A stretch of DNA of 64,000 bases from Bdellovibrionales bacterium (lineage in GTDB: Bacteria > Bdellovibrionota > Bdellovibrionia > Bdellovibrionales > UBA1609). The DNA is taken from positions 2,333,095 through 2,397,094 of the forward strand of contig CBDCMT010000001.1 of NCBI GenBank assembly GCA_965219095.1, in the 5' to 3' direction. How positions within the stretch are numbered: the stretch's first letter is position 1; every line of letters starts with the position of its first letter. Shown one piece after another: positions 10,992 through 22,434 of the stretch. A program made the translations under genes and the position numbers. The notes beneath the pieces were generated by a model that was given only the letters and a program-made list of their open reading frames with translations, was not told the DNA's origin and ran no database searches.

Positions 10992-11110
10992 TGCGATAGT
11001 TGTTGACTTAATCTGAAACGTCTCGGAATGTCAAAGAGATGAAAAAAGGTTACCCTTTCTGGGTTAATAAAAAACTGTCTGTCAGCTTGCGTCCTGTTCA
11101 ATCATCTTTT
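10992..11110. mobile_element. IS481 end remnant (chimeric left/right ends)
   Basis: Matches reverse complement of 37120-37182, then 35995-36056. Confidence 0.75.
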
Positions 11111-11121
11111 GAGAATTAAAT

Positions 11122-12789
11122 TTACGGTACAGGGTCTTTGTTTTCATGATCTTCGTAAGAAGATTCCTCGTCATCGTAACTTTTTCTTTTAGGATAAACA
11201 TGATGGCAAGCTAAACTAGAGATTCTTCCATACTCTGTAAGAATATCCATATAAATAGAACTTGTGTTCACAGTCTCTTTTTGTCCTTCTATAAAGCGAA
11301 CTAAGTGGTTTTCTCTTGCTTTTTTTTCTTGTTTTCTTATATGCTTTTTTTTATCAAGAATCTCTATTTTTAATTTCTCAGAAGGCTGTTGAAAATAAGT
11401 CAGAGACAGTTGTATAAGAATACAAATTTCCTCATGAATTCTAAACAAGTCAGACTGTCCTTCTTTACTAAACTGAACCTTTAATGTATGTTTTTTTCTG
11501 CATAACCTAGAGATATTCTTATCAATCACATCCGCAATGCTCTCTAAATCACTAGCAAAAAGCAAAACACGAGTCATATCATCAGTTAAACGACCTTCTT
11601 TACTAAAATCGGCTAAGAAGTTATAAACAGCCCCATACAAAAAATCCACCTTGTTATCTTTATCATGTAAATTTTCCTCATAAGATTCGTCATCATCCAT
11701 AACAAAATTAATAGAGTGCCTTACCATATCCCCTACAGTATCCCCCATTCTTAAAACTTCTCTCTCAGCATGAGCTAAGGCTACAAAAGGTGAACTGATA
11801 TTTCCTTTGTAGAGATACTTAGGACGTATTTTCCTTTCCTTATAGGAAGGTTGTACAATTTTTTTTATAAGTTTGACACCCACACTTAAAAAAGGAAACA
11901 ACAAAACTGCTGATAAAAAATTAAAAGCCATATTTGCATAAGCTACATAATGACCAGAACGTGAAGGAATGTTTCCAAACAAGTCTACAAAGTAACCTGT
12001 AAAGCTTAAAAAGATTAAAACACTTACTGTTTTGTAAAGCAAATGAGCCCAAGCTACTTGCCTTCCTACAACGTTACTTCCTACAGAAGAAATGAGAGCT
12101 GTAGATGTGGTCCCTATATTAGCCCCATAAATCCAAAATACAGCTTCATAAAGTGTAATTAAATCTGAAGACATTAAGCTGACAGCAAATAAAATCACCA
12201 TAGCACTACTATGAACTAAAATTGTCAAAGCACAGGAAATAAGAACAGTTAAAAGGGGGCTTTCTTTTAAAACAGAGAGAGTTTGTTCAAAAAAAACCAC
12301 ATCCTTCATAGCCTCTGTGCTTAAACTGACAAACTCTAAACCCCAGTACATAAGACCAACTCCCATAACAACAGCAAAAATTTTCTTTAAAATCTGTTGA
12401 CTTGAGAAAAAATAAACAAAGAAACCTAAACAAAATATACTTAAACCCCATTGTTGAATGTTAAAAGTTAGTATTTGCACGATCAAACTACTGCCCACAG
12501 CCGTCCCTATAACTACACCCATCACTCGCTTTAAACTAATCACACCTGCAGAACCTAGGCCTACTAAAACAGATGTAATAGCTCCTGAACTTTGAAAGAT
12601 AAAAGTGATAAGAATTCCTGAAATAAAACTAAAAATAGGTTTGTGTGTAAAGTGAACTAAAAAATCCCTTATAGTATTCGAAGCAAAACTTTGCAAATTA
12701 TCACTGACAAAAGAAATTCCCAATAAAAAAAGAGCTGTCCCTGAAAGAATAAAAATAAAAATAGAATGAGTCTCTAATAAATTTATCAC
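11122..12789 (-). CDS. Na/Pi cotransporter family protein with PhoU-like C-terminus
   Basis: QSSGAIT and GANIGTT repeats; DLESIAD C-terminal helical domain. Confidence 0.9.
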   Translation of the reverse strand: MINLLETHSIFIFILSGTALFLLGISFVSDNLQSFASNTIRDFLVHFTHKPIFSFISGILITFIFQSSGAITSVLVGLGSAGVISLKRVMGVVIGTAVGSSLIVQILTFNIQQWGLSIFCLGFFVYFFSSQQILKKIFAVVMGVGLMYWGLEFVSLSTEAMKDVVFFEQTLSVLKESPLLTVLISCALTILVHSSAMVILFAVSLMSSDLITLYEAVFWIYGANIGTTSTALISSVGSNVVGRQVAWAHLLYKTVSVLIFLSFTGYFVDLFGNIPSRSGHYVAYANMAFNFLSAVLLFPFLSVGVKLIKKIVQPSYKERKIRPKYLYKGNISSPFVALAHAEREVLRMGDTVGDMVRHSINFVMDDDESYEENLHDKDNKVDFLYGAVYNFLADFSKEGRLTDDMTRVLLFASDLESIADVIDKNISRLCRKKHTLKVQFSKEGQSDLFRIHEEICILIQLSLTYFQQPSEKLKIEILDKKKHIRKQEKKARENHLVRFIEGQKETVNTSSIYMDILTEYGRISSLACHHVYPKRKSYDDEESSYEDHENKDPVP

Positions 12790-12795
12790 TTTCTC

Positions 12796-13821
12796 CTAAG
12801 AAAGAATTGAGTATACAAACTCTAAAGGATGAAAGGCACTTAAGTCCTCTATCTTTTCCCCTATACCAATAGCTTTTATAGGAAGTTTATACTCAGACTC
12901 TAAGCCTAATGCAACACCACCTTTTGCGGAACCATCCAGTTTAGTTAAAATCACTCCTGTCAAATCTAAAATTTCATGGAACTTCTGTGTCTGCACTAAA
13001 GCATTTTGTCCTGAATTAGCATCTAGAACTTGTAAAATCTCTTCGGGAGCATTTTTAAAAACTTTTTGAATCACACGTTTTGATTTCTCCAACTCACGTA
13101 TCAAAGGCTCTTGGGTATGAAGTCTTCCTGCCGTATCCACAATCACAAGATCATAAGAGATTTTTTTAGCCCTCTGACAGCCGTCAAAAATCACAGCTGA
13201 AGGATCTTTAACTCCCAGAGGATTGAACAGTTCAGCATGAGCTCTCTTAGTCCACACTTCAAGCTGACTTTCTGCTGCGGATCGAAAGCGATCTCCTGCA
13301 ATCACCAAAGTTTTCAAGCCTTTCTGACACGCTTGAAACGCTAATTTTCCAATAGTTGTAGTCTTTCCCACTCCATTGACTCCTACAATCATCCAAACAA
13401 ATGTTGTAGAGCCTTTCTTAGGAAAAAGTAAATCCCTTTCAGATTTTTGAAAAGCCTCTAACATATAATGCCTTAAAGACTCTTTAAGCTCATTAAAGTT
13501 ACAAAAAGGCACTTCAGAGTTTTTAAAACGAAGACTTTCCACAATACGTTCCACTGTTTTAACTCCCAAATCACTTGTATAAAGAATCTCTTCTAATTCA
13601 TCAAGTTCTACCGAAGAAAACTTAAAAGAACCTGAAAAAACTTTTTTTACACGTCCAAAAAAATGCTCTCTTGTACAATTCAAAGCTTCCTCTAAAGAAT
13701 GAGGCTTTGAATCAAATGTCTTTTCTTTAAAATAAAATCGAAAAAAATAATAGAGGCCACTAGCTAAAAGACCTAACAAAACTAAAACGAGAACAACCAA
13801 AAAAAGTTTCGACTCTATCAT
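12796..13821 (-). CDS. ftsY: Signal recognition particle receptor FtsY
   Basis: GVNGVGKTTTIGKLA, DTAGRLH, TKLDGSAKGG. Confidence 0.97.
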   Translation of the reverse strand: MIESKLFLVVLVLVLLGLLASGLYYFFRFYFKEKTFDSKPHSLEEALNCTREHFFGRVKKVFSGSFKFSSVELDELEEILYTSDLGVKTVERIVESLRFKNSEVPFCNFNELKESLRHYMLEAFQKSERDLLFPKKGSTTFVWMIVGVNGVGKTTTIGKLAFQACQKGLKTLVIAGDRFRSAAESQLEVWTKRAHAELFNPLGVKDPSAVIFDGCQRAKKISYDLVIVDTAGRLHTQEPLIRELEKSKRVIQKVFKNAPEEILQVLDANSGQNALVQTQKFHEILDLTGVILTKLDGSAKGGVALGLESEYKLPIKAIGIGEKIEDLSAFHPLEFVYSILS

Positions 13822-13824
13822 TTT

Positions 13825-16800
13825 TTAAATAGATGCTTCTTGGGAATTTATTTTTTTATTTTGAGAAAATTCTTCAGTCCATTTCTCAGCTGCTTCAAGT
13901 TCTACAGAAACTAATTTGGAAACACCTTTTTCTTCCATGGTTACACCATAAATCTTATCTATCACTTTCATAGTGTATTTATTATGAGTGATAAGGATCA
14001 CTTGGCTACGTTTAGCCATTTGTTTTACCAAATCATTAAACCTCATAACATTGACATCATCCAAAGGAGCATCCACTTCATCTAAAAGACAAAAAGGAGA
14101 AGGTTTAATAAGAAAGATGGAGAAAATAAGAGAAATAGCTGTAAGAGCTTTTTCTCCCCCGGAAAGAAGACTAATGTTTTGTAGCTTTTTACCCTCAGGT
14201 TGTGCTTCAATACCAATTCCCGGTTCATGAGGGTTTTCTAGATTCTCAACCAAACAAAGTCTTGCTCTCCCGCCATCGAATAAAATAGGAAAAACCTCTT
14301 GGAATTTTTTGTTAATTTTCTCATAGGACTCTTTAAATCTTCGAGTACAAACTTTATCAATCTCTTCTATAACCTTATTCAATTTATTTTTCGACTCCAC
14401 AAGATCCTCATACTGCTTCTCTAAAAACTCATACCTCTCCTTAGTCTCCTCACGCTCTTTAAAAGCCACCAAATTTACCTCTCCTATCTGAGCTAACTGT
14501 TTTTTTAGTTTAATAACCTCTTCAGCAATTTCATTTTGATTATAGTCTTGTGTACAAAGATAAGCTCTTTCAGATAAATTAATAGAGTATTTTTCTTCTG
14601 TTTGCTCTATTAAATGTTGCATCTTCATTTGAGCCTGCTCCTGTCTTAAATTGAATTCATTAAGTTTAGATTGAAAGTGAGACAAACTTTTACCCTCCTC
14701 ATAAATTTCATCTTCTAGAAGACGACACTCTTGGGAGGTTTTTTCATACCTCTCCCTAGCTTGAAAAAAGAGTGTTTCAGCTTTCTTTGCCATACCAATC
14801 AATCCATCAAGTTTTGACTGAATATTTTTAATGTCTTGATTCCTCATAAAACAAGTCTCTTTGTTTTTCTTTGACTTCGTCTGCAAATCATTCAAACGAA
14901 ACAAGACCTGTTCAAAATCTTTTTTAGATTTAAAAATTTGTGTTTCCAAATGGTTCTTTTTTTCCTCATAAGACATTTTGCGAAGTTCAAGATCATTAAG
15001 AGTTTTCTGATCTGAATGGAGTTTAGCTTTCAATGTTTGACAAGCTAAAACTAGAGATTCCTTCTCCTTTTCAAAAGTGTTTATCGTTTCTTCTATTTGA
15101 AATAAAGATTTGCGGTCCTTTTCGATTTTGTTTAACAAAGAATCAAATTTAGCTTTCTGATCACTCATTTCCGATTCTTCTATAGAGTAGTGCTTCTGCA
15201 TGTCTATTAATGCTTTATCTAACAGTTCCATATCTTTTTTTAATGACACAGTTTCAAGATCATTATCAGACTGCAATTTTTTTAGATTTTCTTTCTCTTG
15301 TGCCAATTTACGTTCTTCTGCCTTAAGTTTTTTAAACTTTTCGTTCATAAGATTCATATGAGTTTCAAGCCTATTTTTCTCAACTAAAAGTTCTTTGATC
15401 TTTCTTTTTCTTCTCAAAAGCCCGCCCTCATTTTCTTTTTGAAAACCTCCCGTTAAAACTCCACTGGAGTGAAGCTTTTCCCCCTCTAAGGTAACAAAAG
15501 TACACTCAGGACAGGAATCTCTTAGACGAAAGGAATCATCTAATGAAGTAACAACAACAATGTTCCTTAACAAATAGGAAACTTGAGAAAGGGATGTGTT
15601 TTTTACTTGCTCTGAAAGAAAGGCTACAAATCCAGAATCCCCTCTTAAGGAACGATACCCTTCTTGATCATCTTTTAGTTGTTTCATCATGTCCTGAGAC
15701 AAAAAACTGCAACGCCCTAGCTTTTCTGTCTTCAAATGCTTTAAAGCTTCCAAAGAATCATCCAAAGAATCTGCTAAAAGAATTTGCAGAGCATCGTTCA
15801 AAGTACATTCTACTGCTTTTTCAAATTTCTGAGGAACTTCTAAATCTTGTAAAAGAGGAGTGAAGTCTTTTTTATTTTCCATTTTTCCTCCTAAAATGTA
15901 CCTTGCACCTTTTTCAAAGCCCTCAAAAGCCTCTTGAAGACTTTCAAGCCCAAAGAGTTGACCTGAAACTTCATTGTGCTTTTTCTTAAAACCATCTAAC
16001 TCATTGATACTCTCATGCACTTCAGATTCAATTTTTGAAATGTCAACATCATAAACTTTAGAGTCATTTAAAATTTCTAAACGCATTTGTTTTACTTTTT
16101 CTAATTTAGAAATACATTTTTTTTTCTTATAAGACCATGCCTCTCGTTCTTCAAAGTAGCTTTTTAATTTCTCTTCTTTTTCAGAAAGGAAAGCTTTTTT
16201 CTCACTTAAAAGAGCCTCTTGACCTTCAATTTTTGCTTTCAAATGAGAGCGCCTTTCTGTATGAGAAGCTATATCACTTTTAAGTGCTTCTAAACAATCC
16301 TCTTTTTTAGAAACTTCTTTTTCATAAGAAAGGAAGCTTTCTTTTTGTCTACCATAATCTTCTAAAAAAAACTCTTCTCTATGAAGACTTTCTTGTTTTT
16401 GAAGAAGCTGTTTTTTCTCTTCTTCTAACTCCTTTTTTTTCAAATCCTCATCTTGAAAAAAAGACATATTCACTTGTTCATCTCTTTCAGCCTGCTTCAT
16501 CTCAAATTCAAGTTCACGAAGCTCTTTTTCCTTTTGAACAACAGTTTGTCTTAGGGTCTCAAGCTCTTCTTGCTTTGTGTGAAGATCTCTTTCTTTCTCC
16601 CCTACTACATGCTTTAAAGACTCTACTTTCATTTGCCTTGTGTTGTGTTCTGCTAACTGACCCTCTTCTTTTTCTTTGTAAACATTCCACTCTTTTTGAC
16701 TTTCTTCTAATTCTTTCTTCAACTGCAAGAACTTCTGAGAATTAAGCCAAATTTCTTTTTCTTCTAGTTTAGTTTTTATATCTCTATATTTCTCAGCCTT

Positions 16801-17439
16801 TTGGCTTTGTCTTTCCAGACTTGCAAGCTGCCTTTTCTGTTCTGATAAGATATCCTGTAAACGAATTAAATTCTCTTCGGTAGATTTAAGCTTTCTTTCT
16901 GATTCCTTTTTACGCACTCTAAACTTTGTGATCCCTGCAGCCTCTTCAATTAAAACTCTTCTTTCTTCAGGTTTTGCCGTAACTACATAACTAACGGCCC
17001 CTTGTTCAATAATACTAAAACCCTTGGCCCCAGCACCTGTATCCATAAACACTTCATGAATATCTCTTAGAAGAACTGGTTGATTGTTAATCAGATACTC
17101 ACTCTCACCGTTACGATGAAGACGTCTTGTAATCACCATTTCACTTAAGCGAGAATACGCTGCAGGAAAAGGTCCTCCATCATTTTCTAAAAACAAACTT
17201 ACTTCAGCAAAACCCGAAGAAGCATAATTTTCTGAACCCATAAAAATGAGATCACTCATAGACTGGCCTCGTAGGTGCTTAGCCGACATCTCTCCCATCA
17301 CCCATAAAATAGCATCTACAATGTTGCTTTTTCCACAACCATTAGGCCCTACGACACCTGTAATTGTGGGATGAAAGTAAACAAAAGTCTTATCTTTAAA
17401 GGACTTAAACCCTATAGCCTCTAATTTTTGAACTCTCAT
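13825..17439 (-). CDS. smc: Chromosome segregation protein SMC
   Basis: GPNGCGKSN, hinge, LSGGEK, LDEVDAPLD; smc-ftsY synteny. Confidence 0.97.
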   Translation of the reverse strand: MRVQKLEAIGFKSFKDKTFVYFHPTITGVVGPNGCGKSNIVDAILWVMGEMSAKHLRGQSMSDLIFMGSENYASSGFAEVSLFLENDGGPFPAAYSRLSEMVITRRLHRNGESEYLINNQPVLLRDIHEVFMDTGAGAKGFSIIEQGAVSYVVTAKPEERRVLIEEAAGITKFRVRKKESERKLKSTEENLIRLQDILSEQKRQLASLERQSQKAEKYRDIKTKLEEKEIWLNSQKFLQLKKELEESQKEWNVYKEKEEGQLAEHNTRQMKVESLKHVVGEKERDLHTKQEELETLRQTVVQKEKELRELEFEMKQAERDEQVNMSFFQDEDLKKKELEEEKKQLLQKQESLHREEFFLEDYGRQKESFLSYEKEVSKKEDCLEALKSDIASHTERRSHLKAKIEGQEALLSEKKAFLSEKEEKLKSYFEEREAWSYKKKKCISKLEKVKQMRLEILNDSKVYDVDISKIESEVHESINELDGFKKKHNEVSGQLFGLESLQEAFEGFEKGARYILGGKMENKKDFTPLLQDLEVPQKFEKAVECTLNDALQILLADSLDDSLEALKHLKTEKLGRCSFLSQDMMKQLKDDQEGYRSLRGDSGFVAFLSEQVKNTSLSQVSYLLRNIVVVTSLDDSFRLRDSCPECTFVTLEGEKLHSSGVLTGGFQKENEGGLLRRKRKIKELLVEKNRLETHMNLMNEKFKKLKAEERKLAQEKENLKKLQSDNDLETVSLKKDMELLDKALIDMQKHYSIEESEMSDQKAKFDSLLNKIEKDRKSLFQIEETINTFEKEKESLVLACQTLKAKLHSDQKTLNDLELRKMSYEEKKNHLETQIFKSKKDFEQVLFRLNDLQTKSKKNKETCFMRNQDIKNIQSKLDGLIGMAKKAETLFFQARERYEKTSQECRLLEDEIYEEGKSLSHFQSKLNEFNLRQEQAQMKMQHLIEQTEEKYSINLSERAYLCTQDYNQNEIAEEVIKLKKQLAQIGEVNLVAFKEREETKERYEFLEKQYEDLVESKNKLNKVIEEIDKVCTRRFKESYEKINKKFQEVFPILFDGGRARLCLVENLENPHEPGIGIEAQPEGKKLQNISLLSGGEKALTAISLIFSIFLIKPSPFCLLDEVDAPLDDVNVMRFNDLVKQMAKRSQVILITHNKYTMKVIDKIYGVTMEEKGVSKLVSVELEAAEKWTEEFSQNKKINSQEASI

Positions 17440-17794
17440 TCTCTAACCTCCTTGTAAAGTCAAACCTAGTTCTAAAGTTTAAAGTACAACTTAGGATAAG
17501 AAAACCAACTCACACAGTTTAAACCAATATGGTAAAAAAAGAAATGCTTAAAAAAGCTTCTCTGGCTTCAATTATAGCTATTTTAACGCATAGAGATGTA
17601 AATTCCTTATCTCAAAAGAACAACAGCACCTGAAAATCTCATCAAAATGATAAAAGCACTTAGATGTTATGATCTGACAGTTACCTTGAATCCAAACTGA
17701 CTCCATGATCCTTACCGTCTTTTTCCCATTCGACTTTTTTGTAACTCTAGTGGACATACAAAAAGCTTAAACAATTCTAACTGTCTTGTAAAAT

Positions 17795-18111
17795 GGGCTA
17801 GGGTCACAGGAATCACCAAAAACCCCCTTTTTTCGGCCTCAAATAAAAGCTATGACTAAATAAACTCAAAAAAAGTTTTTATAACATGTGTTGTGTCGAA
17901 GCCAGGAAAAGAGTAGTTCAAATCAGAGTTATAAAAGAAAGGCGAAGTCCTTTTTATCCAAAAATGCTCGTTATGCTCATACAAGGAAGATACGTTTGGC
18001 TAAAAAGCAACAGAGGAAGCTTCGTACGTTGATCTTTCCCCCAAAAAATCAGTTACACAATTTAATTTACAGGCTCAATTTAATTTACAAGCTCCTCTGA
18101 TTTACAGGCTC
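17795..18111 (+). mobile_element. Cluster of IS scraps: IS5-like transposase fragment, IS3 end, IS256-like ends
   Basis: QSYKRKAK...RYAHTRK...KLRTL resembles IS5-family transposases; TGATCTTTCCCCCAAAAAA resembles the IS3 end at 56634-56651; repeated TTTACAGGCTC. Confidence 0.55.
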
Positions 18112-18339
18112 AAAGTTCATGATTTTCTTAGGGATTAAAAAAACTTTCCCCGAATGACATCTAAAAAAATCATAAAAATACTTTTTTACGTTCGACTAAC
18201 CTAACTTTTGGCAATTTTTCACGTTCGACTAACTATGAAATTACATATTTTTTATAGTTACTTACTGCATCAATCTAGGACGCTAAAATGTGTCGTACTG
18301 GTATAAAGTTGGGTGTTTTTTCCTAAAGCCTTAAAAATT

Positions 18340-18600
18340 TCAAATCTCAGGAAAATAGGCTTGAAAATAGTCTTTCCCTGAAGTCAACCCAACACTGCTA
18401 AAGTCCTTCTTCCAGTGATGGACTGTTGAACTGCTGATTCCTGTTTTTTTACAAAATTGAGAAACTTTCATGTTTTCTTTCTTTAAGAAAATTAGAATCT
18501 TCTTTTTAAGCTCTTTGGAGTAATGAACCGACCTCTTGTTCCTACTCCTTTGATGATGGCACTCAATTTTTTCCTTTAACAAATCTAAACCCTCTGACAT
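18340..18600 (-). pseudogene. Transposase-associated HTH protein (IS66 TnpA/IS3 OrfA-like), orphan
   Basis: YSKELKKKIL...SQFCKKTGISSSTVHHWKK HTH pattern. Confidence 0.6.
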
Positions 18601-18659
18601 ATGCGAAATTAAATCTGTATAGGACTGTCAAAAAACCGAGTTACCTATTTTTAGTATTT

Positions 18660-20642
18660 TTATGTTGTAATAGGATCTGGCTCTCCTAAAGATCCTTTTT
18701 TCTTTTCTAACCTCTTGGTCTGTTTTTTCTTCCTAGATCTAGAGGTTTTTAGTTTTTGCTTTTTATTTTCCTTTTCTCTTTGAGAAGTCAACTTCTCTCT
18801 TTCATTTTCAAGCTCTTCTACTCCAGCACCCTTTGAGACCTTATCGATCTCCTCCCCTGTTAAAGTTTCTAATTTTAAAAGAGCTAAAGAAAGATTGTCT
18901 AAAATGGTTCTTTTTTTTGTCAAAATATCTTTAGCCACTGTATAAGCATCACTTAAAAACTTGTTGACAAGAAGATCAATTTCTTGAGCCTTCGCTTCAG
19001 AGTAGGTCTTCTTTTTTTGCTGTTGAAGACCTAAGAACACAGGTCCATCGTTTTCTTCTAAGGCGATAGGACCTAAATCACTCATACCCCATTCACAAAC
19101 CATACTGCGAGCTAAAGAAGTGGCCTTTTTAATGTCATCACTAGCACCTGTTGTATAATCTCCAAAAACAATTTCTTCAGCAGCTCTTCCCCCAAATAAA
19201 AAACTTAATAAATTCACAGCCTTCTTTTTAGATACATTAAGAGTCTCTTTTTCCTGTATTGTTTGTGTGAGACCTAAAGCCATACCCCTAGGAATAATAG
19301 TCACTTTATGAATCGGATCTAAATGCTCCAAACTTTTCCCCACTAAAGTATGTCCTGCCTCATGATAGGCTGTGACTTTGCGATCCTCTTCACTGATGAT
19401 CATAGATTTCCTTTCAGAACCCATAAGAACTTTATCTTTAGCTTTTTCAAAATCATCCATATCCACCTTATGTTTATCAAACCGAGCCGCCATAAGAGCT
19501 GCTTCATTGACAAGATTAGCTAAATCAGCACCTGAAAAACCAGGAGTTCCTAAAGCCAAAGTTTTTAAATTCACATCCGAAGTTAAGGGGACTTTTTTAA
19601 CATGCACTTTTAAAATTGCTTCCCTTCCTTTTAAATCAGGTTTATTGACAACAACTCTTCTGTCAAATCGTCCTGGTCTTAAAAGTGCAGGATCTAAAAC
19701 ATCAGGACGGTTTGTAGCAGCAATAAGAATAACACCTTTAGAACTTTCAAAACCATCCATCTCCACAAGGAGCTGATTTAAAGTTTGCTCTCTTTCATCA
19801 TGGCCTCCCCCCATACCAGCTCCTCGGTGTCTTCCGACAGCATCGATTTCATCCATAAAGATGATACAAGGAGCTTGCCTTTTTCCTTGTTCAAACAGAT
19901 CGCGTACACGACTGGCTCCTACGCCTACAAACATCTCTACAAAGTCTGAACCTGAAATCGTTAAAAAAGGAGCATTTGCCTCTCCTGCCACAGCTCTTGC
20001 CAAAAGAGTCTTTCCTGTACCAGGACTACCTACCAATAAAACACCTTTAGGAATTTTACCCCCTAAACGACTAATTTTTTTAGGACTCTTCAAGAACTCT
20101 ACAATCTCCTGCAAATCCTCTTTAGCTTCATCCAAGCCCGCTACATCTTTAAAAGACACTTTCTTCTTATCTTGAGGAGAAAAAAGACGTGCTTTACTCT
20201 TTCCAAAACTAAAAGCCTTTCCTCCACCTGCTTGAATTTGACGTATGAAGAAAACAAACATAGCAACAATAATGATTAAAGGAAGCCAGTTAATAAAAAT
20301 GTTCATAAAAATAGAGTTTTCCGAAGTTTTGTACTTAGGTGTCAAACCATATTTTCGAACAAGTTTAAATCCTTCTGTTCCTGTGTTTCCTTTAATAGAG
20401 AAATTTGTAGCCTTGTTATATTGATCAGAAAATTCCTTTTTGATAGTTCCTGTGATCTCCTGTGTTCCTTCATTAAAAGTAACACTTTCTATCTGGTCTT
20501 TTTCTAAAGCCTGTAAAAACTTAGGGTAGTTAAAGTCAGAAATAGTTTGCTTCTTTCTTTTTTCATAAACTTGAAAAATCAAAAAAGCTGAAATAATGAT
20601 CAGAAGCCAAAAAGCTAAAGTTTTTTGTGAAGAAGAATTCAT
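18660..20642 (-). CDS. ftsH: ATP-dependent zinc metalloprotease FtsH
   Basis: [28 protein letters not shown]. Confidence 0.98.
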   Translation of the reverse strand: MNSSSQKTLAFWLLIIISAFLIFQVYEKRKKQTISDFNYPKFLQALEKDQIESVTFNEGTQEITGTIKKEFSDQYNKATNFSIKGNTGTEGFKLVRKYGLTPKYKTSENSIFMNIFINWLPLIIIVAMFVFFIRQIQAGGGKAFSFGKSKARLFSPQDKKKVSFKDVAGLDEAKEDLQEIVEFLKSPKKISRLGGKIPKGVLLVGSPGTGKTLLARAVAGEANAPFLTISGSDFVEMFVGVGASRVRDLFEQGKRQAPCIIFMDEIDAVGRHRGAGMGGGHDEREQTLNQLLVEMDGFESSKGVILIAATNRPDVLDPALLRPGRFDRRVVVNKPDLKGREAILKVHVKKVPLTSDVNLKTLALGTPGFSGADLANLVNEAALMAARFDKHKVDMDDFEKAKDKVLMGSERKSMIISEEDRKVTAYHEAGHTLVGKSLEHLDPIHKVTIIPRGMALGLTQTIQEKETLNVSKKKAVNLLSFLFGGRAAEEIVFGDYTTGASDDIKKATSLARSMVCEWGMSDLGPIALEENDGPVFLGLQQQKKKTYSEAKAQEIDLLVNKFLSDAYTVAKDILTKKRTILDNLSLALLKLETLTGEEIDKVSKGAGVEELENEREKLTSQREKENKKQKLKTSRSRKKKQTKRLEKKKGSLGEPDPITT

Positions 20643-20743
20643 AACTTAATTATACCACCTTTCTATTTTCAGAGCAAACTTTAAGAACCTGTCTTTTACG
20701 ACTCACCTCTTATATAAAAGTAAAACATATTCTCTATTCCAAA

Positions 20744-21673
20744 TTAACACAAAACCGCTTGAATGGTTTTAGGTCCTAAAATCCACTTTCTCCCTAACAT
20801 ATAAAAATCATCACACTTTTGAGCCTTTGTTTCAAGTCTTTTTAACAGTTCTTCTACATGACTTGCTCCATAATTTTTAAGATTTAAGCTTTTCATATAA
20901 GCTATAAGAAGCCTCTTTTTTTGTCCGTAAGAGAGCTTATAAAAACTTTCTTTTTCAATCCCTTGTTCAAAACAAAAAAAAGGAGTAGAGTAGCTTTCAG
21001 ATAAAATCTCAAAAGACTGGGCTAACCTCTTGACAGAACCTGGTTTATAAGTTTCTAAATCAAAAAGCCATTTATGGCGAATCCAATTGCGAAAGAATTT
21101 CAAATCTTTGTTAGAGGGATCCTCTTTGTAAGGTATGTTTTTTTTCTCTATATAAATTTTAATGTCTTCAAGACTTCTTGAAAGAAAAGGTCTTAAAAGT
21201 TTTTCTTTTAAGACTTTCATAGAACTAAAACCATCGCTTCCTACACCTCTTATCAAACGCAAGAGGCGTGTTTCTAACAAGTCTTGGCTGTGATGTGCTA
21301 TAACTAAAAACCCCCTTTCCCTCCACTTGTTAAAGCAAAAATAACGAAAATGTCTTAAATCTTGTTCACTAAAAACCGGAGGAGGAGATAAAGTAAAGGC
21401 TCTACTATCATAATTAGAAATAAAGGGAATATGAAACTGTTCACAAACCCTCCTAACTAGTTTATAAGATTCCTCTCTGTATTCTTTGTTAGAATGGAAA
21501 CCATGGTGTACGAAGGCGACTGAAAAAGAAAACTTCAAAACGCCCTTTAAAGTTTGAAAAACATAAAGCAAAGCCATAGAATCCTTTCCTCCCGATACTC
21601 CTAATAAAAAGGACTCTTTTTCAAGATGATTCTTTTTTAAAAGATCTAAAGTGCGATGTTCTAAGTTCTCCAT
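20744..21673 (-). CDS. tilS: tRNA(Ile)-lysidine synthetase
   Basis: SGGKDS PP-loop, AHHSQD, DPSN, RNWIR; tilS-ftsH synteny. Confidence 0.93.
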   Translation of the reverse strand: MENLEHRTLDLLKKNHLEKESFLLGVSGGKDSMALLYVFQTLKGVLKFSFSVAFVHHGFHSNKEYREESYKLVRRVCEQFHIPFISNYDSRAFTLSPPPVFSEQDLRHFRYFCFNKWRERGFLVIAHHSQDLLETRLLRLIRGVGSDGFSSMKVLKEKLLRPFLSRSLEDIKIYIEKKNIPYKEDPSNKDLKFFRNWIRHKWLFDLETYKPGSVKRLAQSFEILSESYSTPFFCFEQGIEKESFYKLSYGQKKRLLIAYMKSLNLKNYGASHVEELLKRLETKAQKCDDFYMLGRKWILGPKTIQAVLC

Positions 21674-21690
21674 AATCTCTTTAACAGTGG

Positions 21691-22413
21691 TTATAAAATC
21701 TGACTTAAAAACTCTTTTGTTCTCTTGTGTTTAGGAGATGTAAAAAAAACTTCAGGAGGGGCTTTTTCCACAATACACCCTTCGTCCATAAAAATGATTT
21801 CATCGGCCACCTCCCTTGCAAAGCCCATTTCATGGGTGACACAAACCATAGTCATTCCTTTCTGTCCTAATTCTTTCATCACTTCTAAAACCTCTTTTAC
21901 CATTTCGGGATCTAAGGCTGAAGTAGGCTCATCAAAAAGCATAACTTTCGGATTCATACAAAGACTCCTAGCAATAGCCACCCTTTGTTTTTGTCCTCCT
22001 GAAAGCTGCCCTGGGTATTTTTGAGCTTGTTCCGCAATTTTAACCACCCTTAAGTAGTTCATAGCCACCTCTTTTGCTTCCTTTAAAGACTTTTTTTTGA
22101 CCCACACAGGAGCTAAGGTTAAATTCTCTAAGATTGTCAGATGAGGAAACAAATTAAAGTGTTGAAAAACCATACCCACTTCTTCTCTGATTTTAGAAAT
22201 ATTTTTAACATTATCTGTCAGTTCAAGACCACCCACAAAAATTTGTCCCTTTTGATGGACTTCCAATCGGTTCACACAACGAATCAGTGTTGACTTTCCT
22301 GATCCACTAGGACCGCAGACAACAACCTTTTTCCCTTTTTTAACTTCTAAGTCAATATCCTTTAAGACATGAAAATCACCAAACCATTTGTTAACCTTTT
22401 TTAATACAATCAC
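21691..22413 (-). CDS. aapP: Amino acid ABC transporter ATP-binding protein
   Basis: [24 protein letters not shown]. Confidence 0.9.
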   Translation of the reverse strand: MIVLKKVNKWFGDFHVLKDIDLEVKKGKKVVVCGPSGSGKSTLIRCVNRLEVHQKGQIFVGGLELTDNVKNISKIREEVGMVFQHFNLFPHLTILENLTLAPVWVKKKSLKEAKEVAMNYLRVVKIAEQAQKYPGQLSGGQKQRVAIARSLCMNPKVMLFDEPTSALDPEMVKEVLEVMKELGQKGMTMVCVTHEMGFAREVADEIIFMDEGCIVEKAPPEVFFTSPKHKRTKEFLSQIL

Positions 22414-22434
22414 ATCACACTCCTTTTTAATTTT

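Noticed and set aside
18051..18235. CRISPR mini-array
   Set aside because: Repeats are short, irregularly spaced and lack spacer-sized inserts; no cas genes seen
6723..20175. Antisense ORFs such as 6723-7289, 7932-8159, 13988-14230, 19372-19776 and 19861-20175
   Set aside because: Shadow frames of well-conserved genes on the opposite strand
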